A stretch of 64,000 nucleotides of DNA from Amphiscolops sp. MND2022 (GCA_964187785.1 OZ076409.1:7132001-7196000); one strand, 5' to 3'; shown: positions 49,801 through 60,114, counted from the first letter of the stretch. Numbers and translations are program-made. Notes: generated from the letters alone by a model not told the origin.

Positions 49801-51820
49801 CCCCCAAAAAATTGAAGGGGGACCCTTTGGGGATTTTTTTTCCGGAAAAAACTCTCGCAATGCCGAAAAAACTGAAAGGGGACCCTTTGATCTCGTCCGG
49901 CATTGTATGTTATGCGGGAAACTTTTTGGTTCTGTTCCCTGGGCCAAGAGGTGAAATTTGAAATTTTGTAGAACTTTTGGTAGAACTATTTTGGTCAGTT
50001 CAGGTGGTCTTAAAAACACTGACGAAAAGCCATGACTATAGTCGACTCTTTTCTAAAGAAAAGCACCGCTAAAACGAAGTTATTCAATATAATATTTTCT
50101 ACAAGATCAAAATGCAAACGTTTCAAGTGGGCGTCGCGCTCAACTATCGAACCCTTTTATAGTCTTTATACATTCGCAAGGTGCTTTTGAAGGAAACTGG
50201 GAATTTCCACAGAGCATATAAACTCAGATAATGGGGCCTTTTGGTTTCATTCAGTTTTGTAAAGTTGATCAAAAGTTGATCAAGTTGAAAAACTGAAGGT
50301 AAAAAAACTCTGCTGGACTCCTCGATGCACCGACGATCCCGTGTAGACAAACCATATGCTTCCATGCATGGTACTTGTTTGATACATGTGAATTCCATGC
50401 ATGTGACTTCACTTTTTTTCCTTTTTTCGTTTTTCCGCAGTTAATTGACGCTAAAAAGCCGAAAAAAGTAAAAGGTAGAGAAAAACTGAAAAAAATGAAA
50501 TGACTAAATGAATCATGAATAGCATCAAAAACTTCTGTAAACTCCTGCGGAATTGCTACCATGTAGTGATTGCAACTGAACTGATACTCAAAATTTAGGA
50601 TAAATGCGCTTGAAAAGAATTTCTGATCTTTGACTTTAGATCTTTTCTTATTGTTTTGTTTTAGTCAGCGCTTTTTGTTGCAACTTTTTTGTCAAACTTT
50701 CTGTCGGGTTCAATTTCGTCAGGTACTTCATTTCGTCGTGAAGCAAGTCTAAAACGTATCTCGGACCATTTCATATCTCGGAATTTTAATTGGAAACATC
50801 AACAAGGCTAGAAAGTAGCAAAGGGGTTTTTCGGAACTGTGCGATATCTTTCGGTAAATTTGCCAAATTGATATCTTCGGATGATTTCAGTCATTGAAAA
50901 GCGTTTTTAGAGGCAACAGGATTTTGTTTCGAGAATAGTTGGTCTAGAAAATGGATCTCTGTAATTCAGACTCCTCTTAATTTAAACATAATTAGAAATA
51001 GAACAATGATTAAGGTTTAAGCCAAAGCTAATTTTGTGACTTCGCTGTTTGGAAAAAATGCATTCCTTCAAAGATCTTGCAAGATTTGTAATGCATTTTT
51101 TGTCAACCAGGGTTGGGAAAGCTTCCAGTGAATTGGTGAAGTTAGTTAGAAGAAGAAAGTAAAAGAAAGTTATTTTCCAAATTATCGCGGGATGGACGCC
51201 GAATAAGCAGTTCTGCTTTTCTAAGTCGGCGTCATTTCGGATACGATCTCCCCATAGCAAGCTATGGTACCATATTTGCAGCCAAATGGTCAAGCAATGG
51301 TGGACTCGAGGCTGTGGTTTCAAAGTGACTTGATTAAGGTCACAAAAGTCTGACTGCTCACCGTTGCTCTTTTTATTTTTGCTTTTCTCCGCCAAATGCG
51401 TTTTTTTTTATGTCTTGACCATCCACTAAACTAGGGATGATGGACTTGCTTAATGCCCAACAATGGTGAGTTGAGAGAGATTCGAACCTGATAACGCCCT
51501 AGTACAGGCCGAATGCTCTAACCACTACGCCATGCTCCCACTAGTTAGTTTTGTTATAAAGTTCTCACTCTTTCGAAGGCAGTGAAGGCGAGACCGTTGA
51601 AGAACTCCAAGTGCCGCCCCAACCGATGACGTCATCAGTGAACAGCACAGGGAACTTGACCTTCACGAGAGAGGTAACGGGCGAGAGAACCCTGCCGTCC
51701 ATCCGGGAAGAGAGGGGTGTGAGTGCAGACGAGAACGAGAGTCCCTTCTTCGAGCCAGAGCAGAACCAGACTGGCCGCGCCAAGAGGAACAGGATGAGAT
51801 CCTTGAGCCAGAGAAGTTAG
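10717..51820 (+). CDS. Multi-exon gene (5' end not located) encoding a protein with two fibronectin type III-like segments and a low-complexity K/S/E/P-rich C-terminus
   Basis: About 18 relatively GC-rich open segments bounded by AG/GT whose intron phases chain consistently, ending at TAG 51818-51820. FN3-like patterns: PSPVEDIWVTNQGRDWAELCW...IQGLISEKLYEV and SPENIEITYDGERGHLSVDW...YLYRVKIK. Confidence 0.75.
11819..12593. mobile_element. Putative TA-flanked Tc1/mariner-type MITE
   Basis: TA|CACTAGGGTACC ... GGTGCTCTAGTG|TA imperfect TIRs. Confidence 0.45.
12624..12790 (+). CDS. Exon (phase 2-1): FGDGTERRVSEKSS...FQKQKSMI
   Basis: TTATTCAG acceptor, GTTAGA donor, open frame; phases fit both neighbours. 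Confidence 0.65.
14518..14681 (+). CDS. Exon (phase 1-0): ATGQLHLGRDRQ...CLTEPKYR
   Basis: TTTTCTTTTCACAG acceptor, GTATGG donor; lies within ORF 14490-14711. Confidence 0.75.
16717..17186 (+). mobile_element. HINE-like family 1 element
   Basis: TTTTTGGTGGGCGC start; GGCGCCGACTT plus GCCG-TTCA-CGGC hairpin and TGTTT end. Confidence 0.7.
17259..17517 (+). CDS. Exon (phase 0-1; alternative donor at 17526): ENDPRNKRTYVPYYVTDMVKFKE...VQFPRL
   Basis: TGTTTTAG acceptor; open frame overlapping ORF 17289-17546. The donor choice is uncertain. Confidence 0.7.
18290..19850 (-). mobile_element. Second, diverged copy of the LTR/5'UTR/gag-start block of the adjacent Gypsy element
   Basis: Collinear direct repeat of ~24264-25708, including the first part of gag. 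Confidence 0.8.
19851..25713 (-). mobile_element. Decayed Ty3/Gypsy LTR retrotransposon (gag-PR-RT-RNaseH; integrase not seen)
   Basis: Frameshifted fragments in Gypsy order: gag ~24570-23250 with degenerate knuckle FCGKQGHRKQEC (~23420-23455), protease-like GLLNTAA (~22610), RT YVDDICIAA (ORF 20885-21187), RNase H CDAREHAAGYVL...EFLAMHFAF...MTDNK (20399-20698). Confidence 0.9.
25966..26563. mobile_element. Foldback-like element with terminal tandem arrays; right arm is a 31-bp minisatellite (GGGGTGAAATGAACGT/GGGGTGAAATGATAT)
   Basis: Array at ~26396-26563 with an inverted degenerate counterpart CATTTCACCC at ~25966-26010. Confidence 0.6.
26880..28160 (+). pseudogene. LINE reverse transcriptase ORF remnant (426 aa)
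   Basis: ORF track plus non-LTR RT motifs; no endonuclease domain upstream. Confidence 0.9.
28157..28582 (+). repeat. 153-bp tandem repeat (~2.8 copies) in the LINE 3' UTR
   Basis: GAATTCATCTCG recurs at 28159, 28312 and 28465. Confidence 0.9.
28931..29147 (+). CDS. Exon (phase 1-2), first half of FN3-like domain 1
   Basis: TCTTTTACAG acceptor, GTCTCT donor; encodes NAKSCITLKERPSPVEDIWVTNQGRDWAELCW...DFEPDY. Confidence 0.8.
29166..29442. mobile_element. MITE with CCCATGTTGAG TIRs; related copy ~57338-57972
   Basis: CCCATGTTGAG...CTCAACATGGG; the internal AGATCT-rich sequence is shared between copies. Confidence 0.7.
29441..29842. mobile_element. Foldback-like element with GCGACAACTCATATCA terminal repeats; second copy ~43038-43633
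   Basis: Direct sub-repeats on the left and inverted TGATATGAGTTGTCGC sub-repeats on the right, in both copies. Confidence 0.65.
30381..30831. mobile_element. MITE with ~34-bp imperfect TIRs
   Basis: GGTTTCTTCATGAAGGATTACCATTAATTGAGGC versus GCCTTAATTAATGGTAATTCTTCATGAAGAAACC. Confidence 0.65.
30998..31110 (+). CDS. Exon (phase 2-1), second half of FN3-like domain 1
   Basis: TTTGCTTCTCGCAG acceptor, GTACCC donor; encodes GCRIQGLISEKLYEVMLFVCVGEKNMSVPTIITISPK. Confidence 0.8.
31972..31999. repeat. (GAA)n microsatellite
   Basis: About 9 perfect GAA units. Confidence 0.95.
32094..32281. mobile_element. TA-flanked MITE with ~45-bp imperfect TIRs
   Basis: TA|CACCATTTCAAAC...CCCAAATTCAATTTCGTC versus GACGAAATTGAATTTGGG...GTAATGGTG|TA. 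Confidence 0.7.
32784..32915 (+). CDS. Exon (phase 1-1): LEVTSDFLKTMSEMKKEYVG...GRPEGPTL
   Basis: CTCTAAC branch-point-like motif and TAG acceptor; open frame; the GTGTTT donor gives the phase the next exon needs. Confidence 0.6.
32853..33522. repeat. 167-bp tandem repeat, 4 copies
   Basis: Identical ORFs at 32916, 33083 and 33250. Confidence 0.95.
33754..34273 (-). mobile_element. HINE-like family 1 element
   Basis: AACAAGCCGGGAACGGC ATAAGTTGGCGCC ... GCGCCGACCAAAAA. Confidence 0.75.
34825..34929 (+). CDS. Exon (phase 1-1): ASKSKDIDKQDMTFSG...EADFLQ
   Basis: TTTTAG acceptor, GTTGGT donor; phases consistent with neighbours. Confidence 0.65.
35233..36725. repeat. 22-23 bp satellite with higher-order structure
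   Basis: Monomers TGGCCAGTCTGGTTTTCCATCCA, TACCCAGTCTGGTCTTCCATCCA and TACCAGTCTGGCTCTCCATCCA, arranged mostly as 91-bp four-monomer blocks. Confidence 0.95.
37088..37709 (+). CDS. Exon interrupted by a HINE-like insertion (coding parts 37088-37173 and ~37595-37709 or 37727)
   Basis: TTTTTTAAG acceptor. PVTDEKKVKVETKSP...EPKEGA on the left and RESLSREKSNMKKEQ...ELAVS on the right rejoin in frame if 421 or 418 nt are removed. Confidence 0.65.
37174..37595 (-). mobile_element. HINE-like family 1 element; further copies ~1760-2150, ~12810-13176, ~38737-39558, ~39805-40292, ~47820-48200, ~49617-50074, ~54509-55170
   Basis: ACAAG terminus, GCCG-GGAA-CGGC hairpin, subTIR AGTCGGCGC...GCGCCGACT, A5 terminus and no TSD. 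Confidence 0.8.
38531..38706 (+). CDS. Exon (phase 1-0; alternative acceptor 38549), first part of FN3-like domain 2
   Basis: TTTTCAG acceptor, GTTGGT donor; encodes SPENIEITYDGERGHLSVDW...YLYRVKIK. Confidence 0.75.
40664..40847 (+). CDS. Exon (phase 0-1): YPGNNGEFVEVTKRTPQTHLDLQL...SISFSS
   Basis: TATTGCAG acceptor, GTAAGA donor. Confidence 0.8.
42125..42585. repeat. Unclassified dispersed repeat; second copy ~58947-59322
   Basis: Both copies share GTGCTTAAACTTTAAACCGCAATATCTCC ... TTTAGAAGTTTGCAG ... TTAGGGTTA. Confidence 0.75.
43649..43827 (+). CDS. Exon (phase 1-0): TTYKTLKKSSTGTVVSL...ETELHQ
   Basis: CTTTGCTCTTCTCCAG acceptor, GTATGT donor. Confidence 0.8.
44325..44637 (+). mobile_element. 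tRNA-derived SINE-like element; inverted copies ~51197-51540 and ~58500-58769
   Basis: A-box TGGTGTAGTGG and B-box GGTTCGAA(C/T)CT, followed by two CTTGAGCAAGTC(C/A)CTT-type motifs. Three dispersed copies. Confidence 0.75.
45437..46168. mobile_element. Foldback-like element; left arm is a 25-26 bp minisatellite (AAAACAGCCGATTTTCAAAACGAGAC, ~45451-45862)
   Basis: The right end TTTTGAAAATCGACTGTTTTGTCCCGCTCCCGT is the inverted counterpart of the left end ACGGGATGCAGGAGAAAACAGCCG. An internal ~110-bp segment recurs inverted at ~53604-53730. Confidence 0.7.
46252..46396 (+). CDS. Exon (phase 0-1): GPEQLAPESRKLEPPRKKS...DSLLE
   Basis: TTTCAG acceptor, GTGAGT donor, open frame. Confidence 0.8.
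46889..46947 (+). CDS. Small exon (acceptor at 46889 or 46921)
   Basis: Strong CAG|GTAACT donor with two possible AG acceptors. Confidence 0.55.
47330..47443 (+). CDS. Probable exon; reading frame and donor unresolved
   Basis: TGTGTATAG acceptor. Two frames are open (DREKATKS... or PRESNKVYILQW...). Candidate donors GTATGT and GTACCA. Confidence 0.5.
48521..48666 (+). CDS. Exon (phase 1-0): FSDNSQVSETSETPS...PPATAKP
   Basis: TTCTTGCAG acceptor, GTAATA donor; only one frame is open. Confidence 0.75.
48872..49190. repeat. Degenerate ~31-33 bp minisatellite (CACTGGAATAAGATCTAAAATCACTGAAAAA)
   Basis: About 10 imperfect units. Confidence 0.8.
49462..49567 (+). CDS. Exon (phase 0-1): KRVKKNAKPKSRTGKR...VVNSKS
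   Basis: TTTTTTTTTCAAACAG acceptor, GTAAGT donor. Confidence 0.8.
51579..51820 (+). CDS. Terminal coding exon: SEGETVEELQVPPQP...MRSLSQRS*
   Basis: Phase-1 AG acceptor, GC-rich open frame, TAG stop. Confidence 0.7.
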
Positions 51821-53283
51821 TCTCCGATCCCTCTTTCTGGCATCATCTGGATCTCACACAGGATCTTGCCCAGTGTTTGAAGCCATGGACGCTTGCCATG
51901 GTCATGGGTAATCTGGCTAAATCATGGTTAACCATGGTACCCTTGTCAAGACCATGGCAAATCATGATACATGGAACGCTTGTCATGATCGTGGCAAGAT
52001 CTTGATAAGATAACCATGGTTTGTCATGGTTCTTGCCAACGATATCATGTCAAAAATTCGATAAAACCATTTTCAGTTTTTGACATGTACCAGCTCGTTT
52101 GGTGTGTATCAGTTTTGACATCGCTATTTTCTTTCGCTAATAGCCTAAACCGCTACTTCTGATATCGCTGAAAATATTTCGCTGAAATTTTTTTTCAAAT
52201 TGATATTATTTGACTTCAAGTAAGTCGTAAAACTGAATAAAAACTCAATTCAGTTGTTGCAAGAAACTTTTTCATATAGTCTAACATTTTTCATATTGTC
52301 AGTGGTTTACAAGGGTAAGTGATTAAATTTTTCGAAACTCAATTTGAAACTCCCTGCGATGATTCTCCTCCGCGCAGTCATTAACAATTAAGGTATCGTC
52401 TAAATCTGGTTATTTATGTGCCATGGGTTTTACCGATTGTAGAAGTTCGTTCATTTCAGAAGAATAGAAAGGAAAAATCTTCAATTACTGAGTGTACAAT
52501 TTCGTTTTCTGATGCGTGAACTCCGTTAGACTGCTCAATTTTTAATTTCAAAGGACCTGCATTATGCATACAATTCACTTCTGATTCTAAACGTGTCATC
52601 GTGGATGCACGTTTATTCGATCTCATCACCATCAATGTTGATTCAAGTTGTGTCTTCTACCTCAAGTCTCATTCTTCCAATCGTTTCGTAATTTCTTTCT
52701 TCGAAAGTCTGACTCCGCGCCTGTAATCGTGGTTTGTTTGGGTTGTGGATCTAAACTTATGTGGATCTATTCGTATACGCTGTGTATCTAAACTAATTCC
52801 ACCCAAATCTCCAGATTGGTTATCAATAATAACGAACGATTCAATATCTTGTGTTTCGTCCACCTTGCATGAGCTCAAGCTCTCATCGTCTCTTTCTGGT
52901 GAAGAGCAAAAATCAGTCCTTTTAGACCTTCTGTTTCTTTTAATTCACATCATAAGCCTGGCGAAAAAAAGATTGGCGTGAAAAAATGTTTGAATTGAAC
53001 GATTCAAAGGGAGACATTTATCATGTGTAAACCCTAAACAATGTTCGTTTATTTCGCGCTGAAGTTATAAATCAGAATAACTGTGTGTTCATATGAAATT
53101 ACATCTATACATTAAGGTTACGTCACAACGTTCTACTGTGCACACTTGACGTTCTACTACAAATTGTATAATAATCCACCTCAATTTCTTCACCTAGTTG
53201 GGAAATACAGATTCTACATAAAATCTCAATGAAGATACATGTATTTCACCAAAATGCACAGATGTGCATAAACAAATTTATTA

Positions 53284-53461
53284 CAGTAAACCCTCGATTA
53301 TCCGCCACTCGATTATCCGCCACCTTTGGTCAACCGCCACAAATCTACGGGGACATTTTGCTATACCACCCGTGTCTAAGCTCCCTTGATTGACCGCCAC
53401 TCTCACTTATCCGCCATAATTCGCGCTGGACCGATGGTGGCGGATAATCGAGGGTTTACTG
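53284..53461. mobile_element. Tc1/mariner/pogo-type MITE
   Basis: Perfect 25-bp TIR CAGTAAACCCTCGATTATCCGCCAC with TA on both sides. Confidence 0.9.
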
Positions 53462-56276
53462 TACATCGTTTACGAATAAACACCCATCGAACATTCAATT
53501 CGTCGAACACGTATTAATTTAGCGACCATGGTATGACGTAATGGAATGAATTGATTTCGGCCAATCAAATTCGAGCATTCAAAATTACGATAACGTAGTC
53601 AGATATGTTCACATACCCCTAGTGCCCTAAATGCAGGAGCGAAGCGAAGCGGAGCGACGTGCCATATGGCCATGCCTCAATGTTGCTACTTGGCGAAGGG
53701 AGCGAAGCGACCGAGCCATACAACAAATATGTTATTCGCCGCAAAATATAACCAAATGAAAATATTCGCTGATATGGAATTCTATCGACGCATTGAATAG
53801 CTTTCCATTTTTCGACGATTTGAATGTTCGACGAATTGAAGTTGCACCAAACACCCAATTATTGAATAATGCTGTGGGAACCGTTCAATCGGACGACCGC
53901 TCAGTTAGACGACTGTGCGTGCAATTGATCGATTTTGCACGCATTCCATTTTCAGTTCCGCTCACAACTTGTAATGATTACGTAATCGGAGTCTGTCAGC
54001 GAAGATGAATCAACCAATAATATTTCAGAAACAACTTATAGTCTTCCAATTGATCAATCCGTTAGTTGAGCGGTCGTCCAATTGAGCTAGACTCTAATGC
54101 TGTACATTTACGTCATTGTAGTAATTCTTCCGTAAAACTGTGAAAGTAAAGATAAATTTGAGGGTATTGATGAAAGGCAATGATTTATATTTTCGTTAAG
54201 CAAATGAGCAGTTTTAATTTACGAGTCTCGAAAGTTTCTGATCTGCGTAAATATCGCTGCTCACCTAACACCACACAGCAGTAGGGCTGTGACCTTTACT
54301 AATGGGAAACTTGGAATTGGGACAATGGTTGCTAATTATAATTAATTAAAAGGCCGAAAATTGCTGAAAGCGCTGGATCGCTAATTAGCGATGTCAAAAC
54401 TGTGGCGTGTATGCAGCTTTTTGTCAATGCACAGAAGGGTTCAGTCCCGATTCTTGTTTCTAACGCTGTTTTTTCCTTCTCTTCTCGTTTTCCCCCCAGA
54501 CCTAAGGTTGACAATCCGGGAACGGCCGAAGTCGGCGCCCCGCTCAAGGTTCGGAAGAGTAAAGTTTTTTTGAATATGCAAAAGAAATCTATTGTTAACT
54601 ATTTATCAGTTTTACAGAGCCGAAAATTAGCCGAAGTCGTACGCATAAAACGCGAAAACCAATTTTTGTCCAACATGATATTTGGCCGTTTTTCAAAAAA
54701 TGTTCCAACGTTTCGATTCGAGTAAAAATCGAGAGGGCTTCGATAAAACGAATTCGAAGAAAAAGTCCCATAAAATGAATATACGACGGTCTCGAAAAAA
54801 AACAAAAATCGGATAAAGGGTGCTGAAGAAACCTAATTTTAGGACGGATATTATTCATTCTGAAAAATCTCACAATGCCGATAATTATAAAAAGGGGACA
54901 CTTTTTGGGCTTTTTAAAAATCCAATTTGTTACAAAATGTCAAAAAGATGAAGGGGACCCTTCGGAGAAATCAAAAAAGTTTCGAAAAAAAGTCTCAAAA
55001 AATTTTGACAAGTACAAGACTCGAACCCAGGTCATTCTGCTTCTCAGACCTCAAAAAATCAGGAATAAACTCTGTGCCAAGTGGCAGTAGAAGTTACAAG
55101 TTACTAAGCAACAGCTTATAAAACTTATAAAATCTATTAGTTCGTCGGTCTTGAAAATTTAAAAAAGTCTTCCTTTTCTCATTCTTATTAAAATGAGCCT
55201 AAACTTCAAGAAGATGGGCTCAGGCAAGCGATAACAATTTCCACAGCAATGCTCGGAAGTCTGTATATTAAGTATGTAACATTGCTTGAAAGTTTTTTGT
55301 TTTGCAAATATCAGAGTCCTTCTCACTTTTAATGTTTCATCATCATTATTAGATTCCATAGAAATGACAGTGAAAGAAAACTGGTGAAAACGGATTCCGT
55401 GCCCATTTGAAAGAAATACAACCACCCAAAATATTTTCACTAAAAAGTTGATCACAATTCTCTAATTCTGTAAGCATGAATCAACTCTATTCAGTAGGTA
55501 ATGAGGGGAAAAGCTATCGCAGGCCATGATTGTGAACAAAACTGTTGAAGCTAGGAATCTAACGCAACAAAATTGGTCGTCCCGGTTTTATTGGCTTCAC
55601 CATAAGCCGAGCATCAACGAGGGACAAAAAACTGCCGAAAGGTGCTAGTTAAAACCTTCAGCGGTAAACAAATAGAAAGGCGGTTAATGAATGTTTAAGA
55701 AGCATTTTTTCAAAACTTTTTGCTGCCTTGGCCTGAGAGAAATCAATTCGCAGTAAAGTTGCGCAACGTCCCAATAGTTTATCATGGTGATCGTGATTTT
55801 GACCGAACATGATTTTAGCTGCTCGACGTTATAACCGAATCTACGTACATTAACTGAAGCTTCTCCTGACTGTATTCGATTGTTACATAATAGTTACGAA
55901 ATTGAAGCTTCGGTCTCAATTGGTTCGGCCAATTACAATCGAGAATACAAGTCTATTCGGCTACAATACTAATCGCCTTCAATCCTGTTTGGCTATACTC
56001 CAAACTACCGTTTTTATATAGTATTAGAAAATGACCGATTCGGTGACAAAAAAGGCAAGTTTGACCATGCGGAGTACACTAAAGACATTTGCGTTGTCGA
56101 CAGTTCCGAAAAATCCACTGCACGCAATTTTGAATAAACCCTTCTTCTGGCTAGTGTCTGGAACAGTAAACTAAACTTACTTCGCAGCCTATACATTACA
56201 TGCAAAGTATAAGTTTCCACTATTTGCTTCCACGGATTCCACGGTAAGTCAGTGAAAGAGATGTTTAAAACTACTA

Positions 56277-56739
56277 CAGTACTGTGATTAAGAAATCGTC
56301 CCCCTGTGACGTTCTCAGCCAATCAAAATTGTTTATTTGGTCTTACTTTCAACTCTGATTGGCGCATGAAGAAAAATTCACATAAATTTAGGAAATTTTA
56401 CCCTTTGAGCCTGATATTTCGGAAACAGTTGATCATTTTTGAAATCAAAATATATCTATCAATTCAGTAGATTTTTGGGAGTTAAATGAGCATAAAATTT
56501 GTCAGAAAAACTGCAAAAAACGGTCAAAAATAAGAAAAACGGCAAAAAGTCCCAATTTTGCTCAAAATCAGCTATTTGTAACTTTCTCGATTTTTGTCTC
56601 AGAAATTTTAAAAAATACTCATGTAAACTAGATGAAATTCTAAGAAACTTTTATTTCTGATGTTTTTCAAAATTTCCAACCGATTTTGAGAAAATCGAGC
56701 CTAAAACGCCCAGGGAACGTTTTCTTAATCACAGTACTG
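56277..56739. mobile_element. Tc1/mariner-type MITE
   Basis: Perfect 19-bp TIR CAGTACTGTGATTAAGAAA with TA on both sides. Confidence 0.85.
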
Positions 56740-56865
56740 TATGTTACCAAAAACCACTGACTTATAACTACAAAGTTGTCAGCCCACATTTGTTACAGTC
56801 TCTACTTGAACCAATCAACGTGTAGTTTTCATATCAAGTTAAATCAAGTCCTTTTTTTTCAACAG

Positions 56866-58453
56866 ACGCAGAAAGGCAACTAGTACTGGCCAAAGCCAGA
56901 GGTCAAGACAAACAGCCGATTCTAATGTTTCCTACCAACAAAAACTGGCCAGAGGATTATCTGGAAGATCCACGAGAAACGTCAACTGCTGGAGATCCCA
57001 GGTGAAAAAAATTTACAGATGCGCCCAGTTTTGTTGCTGTTTGTAGAATTGATGTAGGAACGCCAATTTAAGAAACAAATTATCCCCATTAGCCAATTGA
57101 TACTTGGCGTATAACGTAATTATCTCAGAGGCGAAAGTTTAAAATTGTTTACATTACTCCAAGTAAGAAAAGTTCAATTTGGGAGTAAATCATCGCACTT
57201 GATTTTGCGTCAATTTTCGCACTGTCATATTGCGGAATTTTTCTAAAACTCGGATTTTTTAAAACAAATCATTAATTGGTGCAGTTTCTCGATAAGACCT
57301 TTTGATGACAGTATGATGGATACAGTATAAGCTCTCACCATGTTGAGCTTTCCCTGTGAATCTGTACAGATCGGGACAGATCCTCACAGATGTTTCAGGA
57401 TTTGTCAAAATTAACCATACGCAAAGGACCAATAAATTACTATAACGTATTTGAAGTTTCCAGCAATTACTAAGACTACTCCAGCAAAACATGTTCCCAG
57501 AATATTACAACAGCAGCACTTTATCAACACAGACGGAGGTCACATGTCTAATTTCATCCGCCGAAACGATGGCAATATGTCAAATGAGCCTCAAAATTCA
57601 ACAACCACTTCTGGAAAGTTCAAGTGAAATGGATAAATTTCCCTGTTGTACCAATTTCTAACATTCCCCAGATACCAAAATTTCCGTGTTGGGGACAAGC
57701 TTATTGGAGAATTTTGAGTGTTGGAGAGTTTCAGCTGACTGAGCCTCGGTCAGCTGAAATATTTGTTAAATTAGTTGAAGAAGCCAAAAAATGCAAATAC
57801 ATTGTTTCCATAGAAGCTCCGCACAAATTTTCTGAAAAACCTCTACACAAAATCTTTAAACATCTGTAAAGATCCTTGCAGATCTGCAGTTGTCCTTACG
57901 TATCAGTCGCACGATCTTTACAGATCCTGAAGGAAAAAAGGCTCACAGATCTGTACAGATTCTCAACATGGGTTGTCCTCTTAGATACACTGAATGAAGT
58001 TTCCAATTTTTGAAACCTCAATGTCTTCTGTATGTTAAAATTATATTCACAAATTGTCACTGACAAAACTTACGTAGATAGATCAAACATACTTAAGAAA
58101 AGAAAAGCACCAAGAGAACCAATTATATTTGAAAAACTCGATTATATATTTTTTCTGACACCTAGAAAATAAATGAATGGAGCTGTTTGTATTTTCCGCC
58201 CACTTATAATGGGGGAAGAAAATCATAATCAGTATTGCGTTTTTTTCCAAATTCTGCCAAGTCTCCACGATCTCCATCTTTTGGTCACTTCTTGGATTAT
58301 ACTGAGTTTAATAGTGGCAAATAGTGAGCATATGGTTGTTTATAGAAATCTGCCTCTAAAAGGAAACTTTAATTCTGTTTTTTTTGTCCTTTTCATCGAA
58401 TTTTAGGAACAGACAACACACTGCCAATGAGCTGGAAGAAGTCGCCGAGGGAT
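56866..58453 (+). CDS. Two candidate exons (56866-57001, 58407-58453) of a second gene, product unknown
   Basis: TTTTTTCAACAG/GTGAAA and TTTTAG/GTGAGT boundaries. The phase-2 join gives AERQLVLAKARG...TAGDPRNRQHTANELEEVAEG. Confidence 0.4.
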
Positions 58454-59465
58454 GTGAGTTATTCTTATTTGATAGAAACCCAAATAGGATCCAAATTCAT
58501 GAGATTTCCATACAGTTCCATGGTTGGACCTTGCAATGGCTGACTTGAAGCTGTGCCTTCAAAGTGACTTGCACAAGGTCTGCCTGCTCAAAGTTGCTCT
58601 TTTTGTTTTGCTTTTCTTCGCCAAATGCGTAATTTTTTGTCGTTGACCATACCATTAATCTAGAGATGAAGGACTTGCTTGAGGACCAACAATGGTCAGT
58701 TGATAGAGATTCGAACCTGTCACCGACCAATACAGGACGAATGCTCTGACCACTACACCACCCTCCCAGGTATGGAATCGTATGGATTTGTACTCTAATG
58801 AAAAATATTTGAACTCTATTTTGAACCCGCACTCTTGTGGAGGAGAAGGAATAGCGTGTAAGGAATAACGTCCTCGATAGATAAAAGCATCATCGATATT
58901 TAACCCGGAATGGAGGTTGAAATTTCTGTATGCATCCAAAATTCTGGTGCTTAAACTTTAAACCGCAATATCTCCAAAACTATTCAAGTCCGACTAACGA
59001 TTATTGGTGCGTTCAAAAGAAGACAATCAGGGCTTCCATTTTGATATTTAAACGGCTGGGATAGGGGCCCGCTAGCTGCGTCGCACTGGCTCCGGACTTT
59101 GCACCGAAACTTTGCACTCGTGGTGTCTCTGGCTGCAATTCAGCTTTTCAGCTTTTCAGCTTGACATCAACTCAAAAATCCGTGAAAATGCGTGCAAAGC
59201 TATGTAATGTTGTCTGAAAATCTTATTCAAGAGTTTTCTTTACCATACGGTGGGCTGGTGCCTTTAGAAGTTTGCAGATCTTAAGTGGTGCAAATACGTA
59301 CCGTGGGTGCTAATTAGGGTTATAGGCATCAATTCTGCTTCCAAAAGATGTCAATTGAAACTGTTGCAACATCGTTGAAACCAACAATCAATACTTGAAA
59401 TATCATTATTTCCAAATTAGAATTGTAGCATGGGGCAAACTGCATGAAATTTACATATTTTTGTT

Positions 59466-60114
59466 TGTAACGTCAAGCTAGCGACGCACATACCAGAACT
59501 GGGACAGTACTTAGGTAGCCTGGACAGGAGACCAAAGTCTTACAACATGCCTAAATACTAGTTTTTCGTCCCTAAGGGTCTCCTGGGAACTTTTCCAAGA
59601 CGCCGTGGAGTCTCCTCATATTAGAGCTCCGTGGCGACGTGCCGGCACACTCCAAGTCCAGACACGTCCCACAAGCACGTAAAAACAGTCCTGAAAGCTT
59701 CCTGCGGTCCTACATACTCCCGAGGTCCGAAAACAGGGGTTTAGGCAGAGCACATCTCAATTAAGTGAATAACGTCTAAAATCAACACCTTCCAGTTTTA
59801 CCATTAACAAACACCTGAAAATCTGCCAAAATACTATAAAACAGCACTGGGGAGGCATTCTGAACAGTTCCCAGCGAGTTTTGAGCTTTGGGTTCAACTC
59901 ACGCAAAAATCGCACCTTCTTCTTCATCTCTTTTCCGGCTCATTCTTGCGATTTTCCGGTTTTGATGGCACAACACTGGGGTATTGGCTAGTTTCTGCTT
60001 CTGAATATCTTCTTTCGCTGCTTTTCGGTCTTCTCTGTGGTCTGGGGGGGTCTTTTTTTGTTGTGTGTGCTTCCTTTTCGATTTCAACGACCTGCTAGGT
60101 CGGCCAACGTTACA
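59466..60114 (-). repeat. 3' LTR (649 bp) of the right-hand Gypsy element
   Basis: TGTAACGT...ACGTTACA terminal inverted repeat. Polypurine tract GGGGAGGA lies immediately upstream on the - strand (60115-60122). Confidence 0.85.

Noticed and set aside
55526..55641. Possible first exon of the second gene (MIVNKTVEAR...)
   Set aside because: Its donor phase leads to a frame that stops in the 58407 segment; not supportable.
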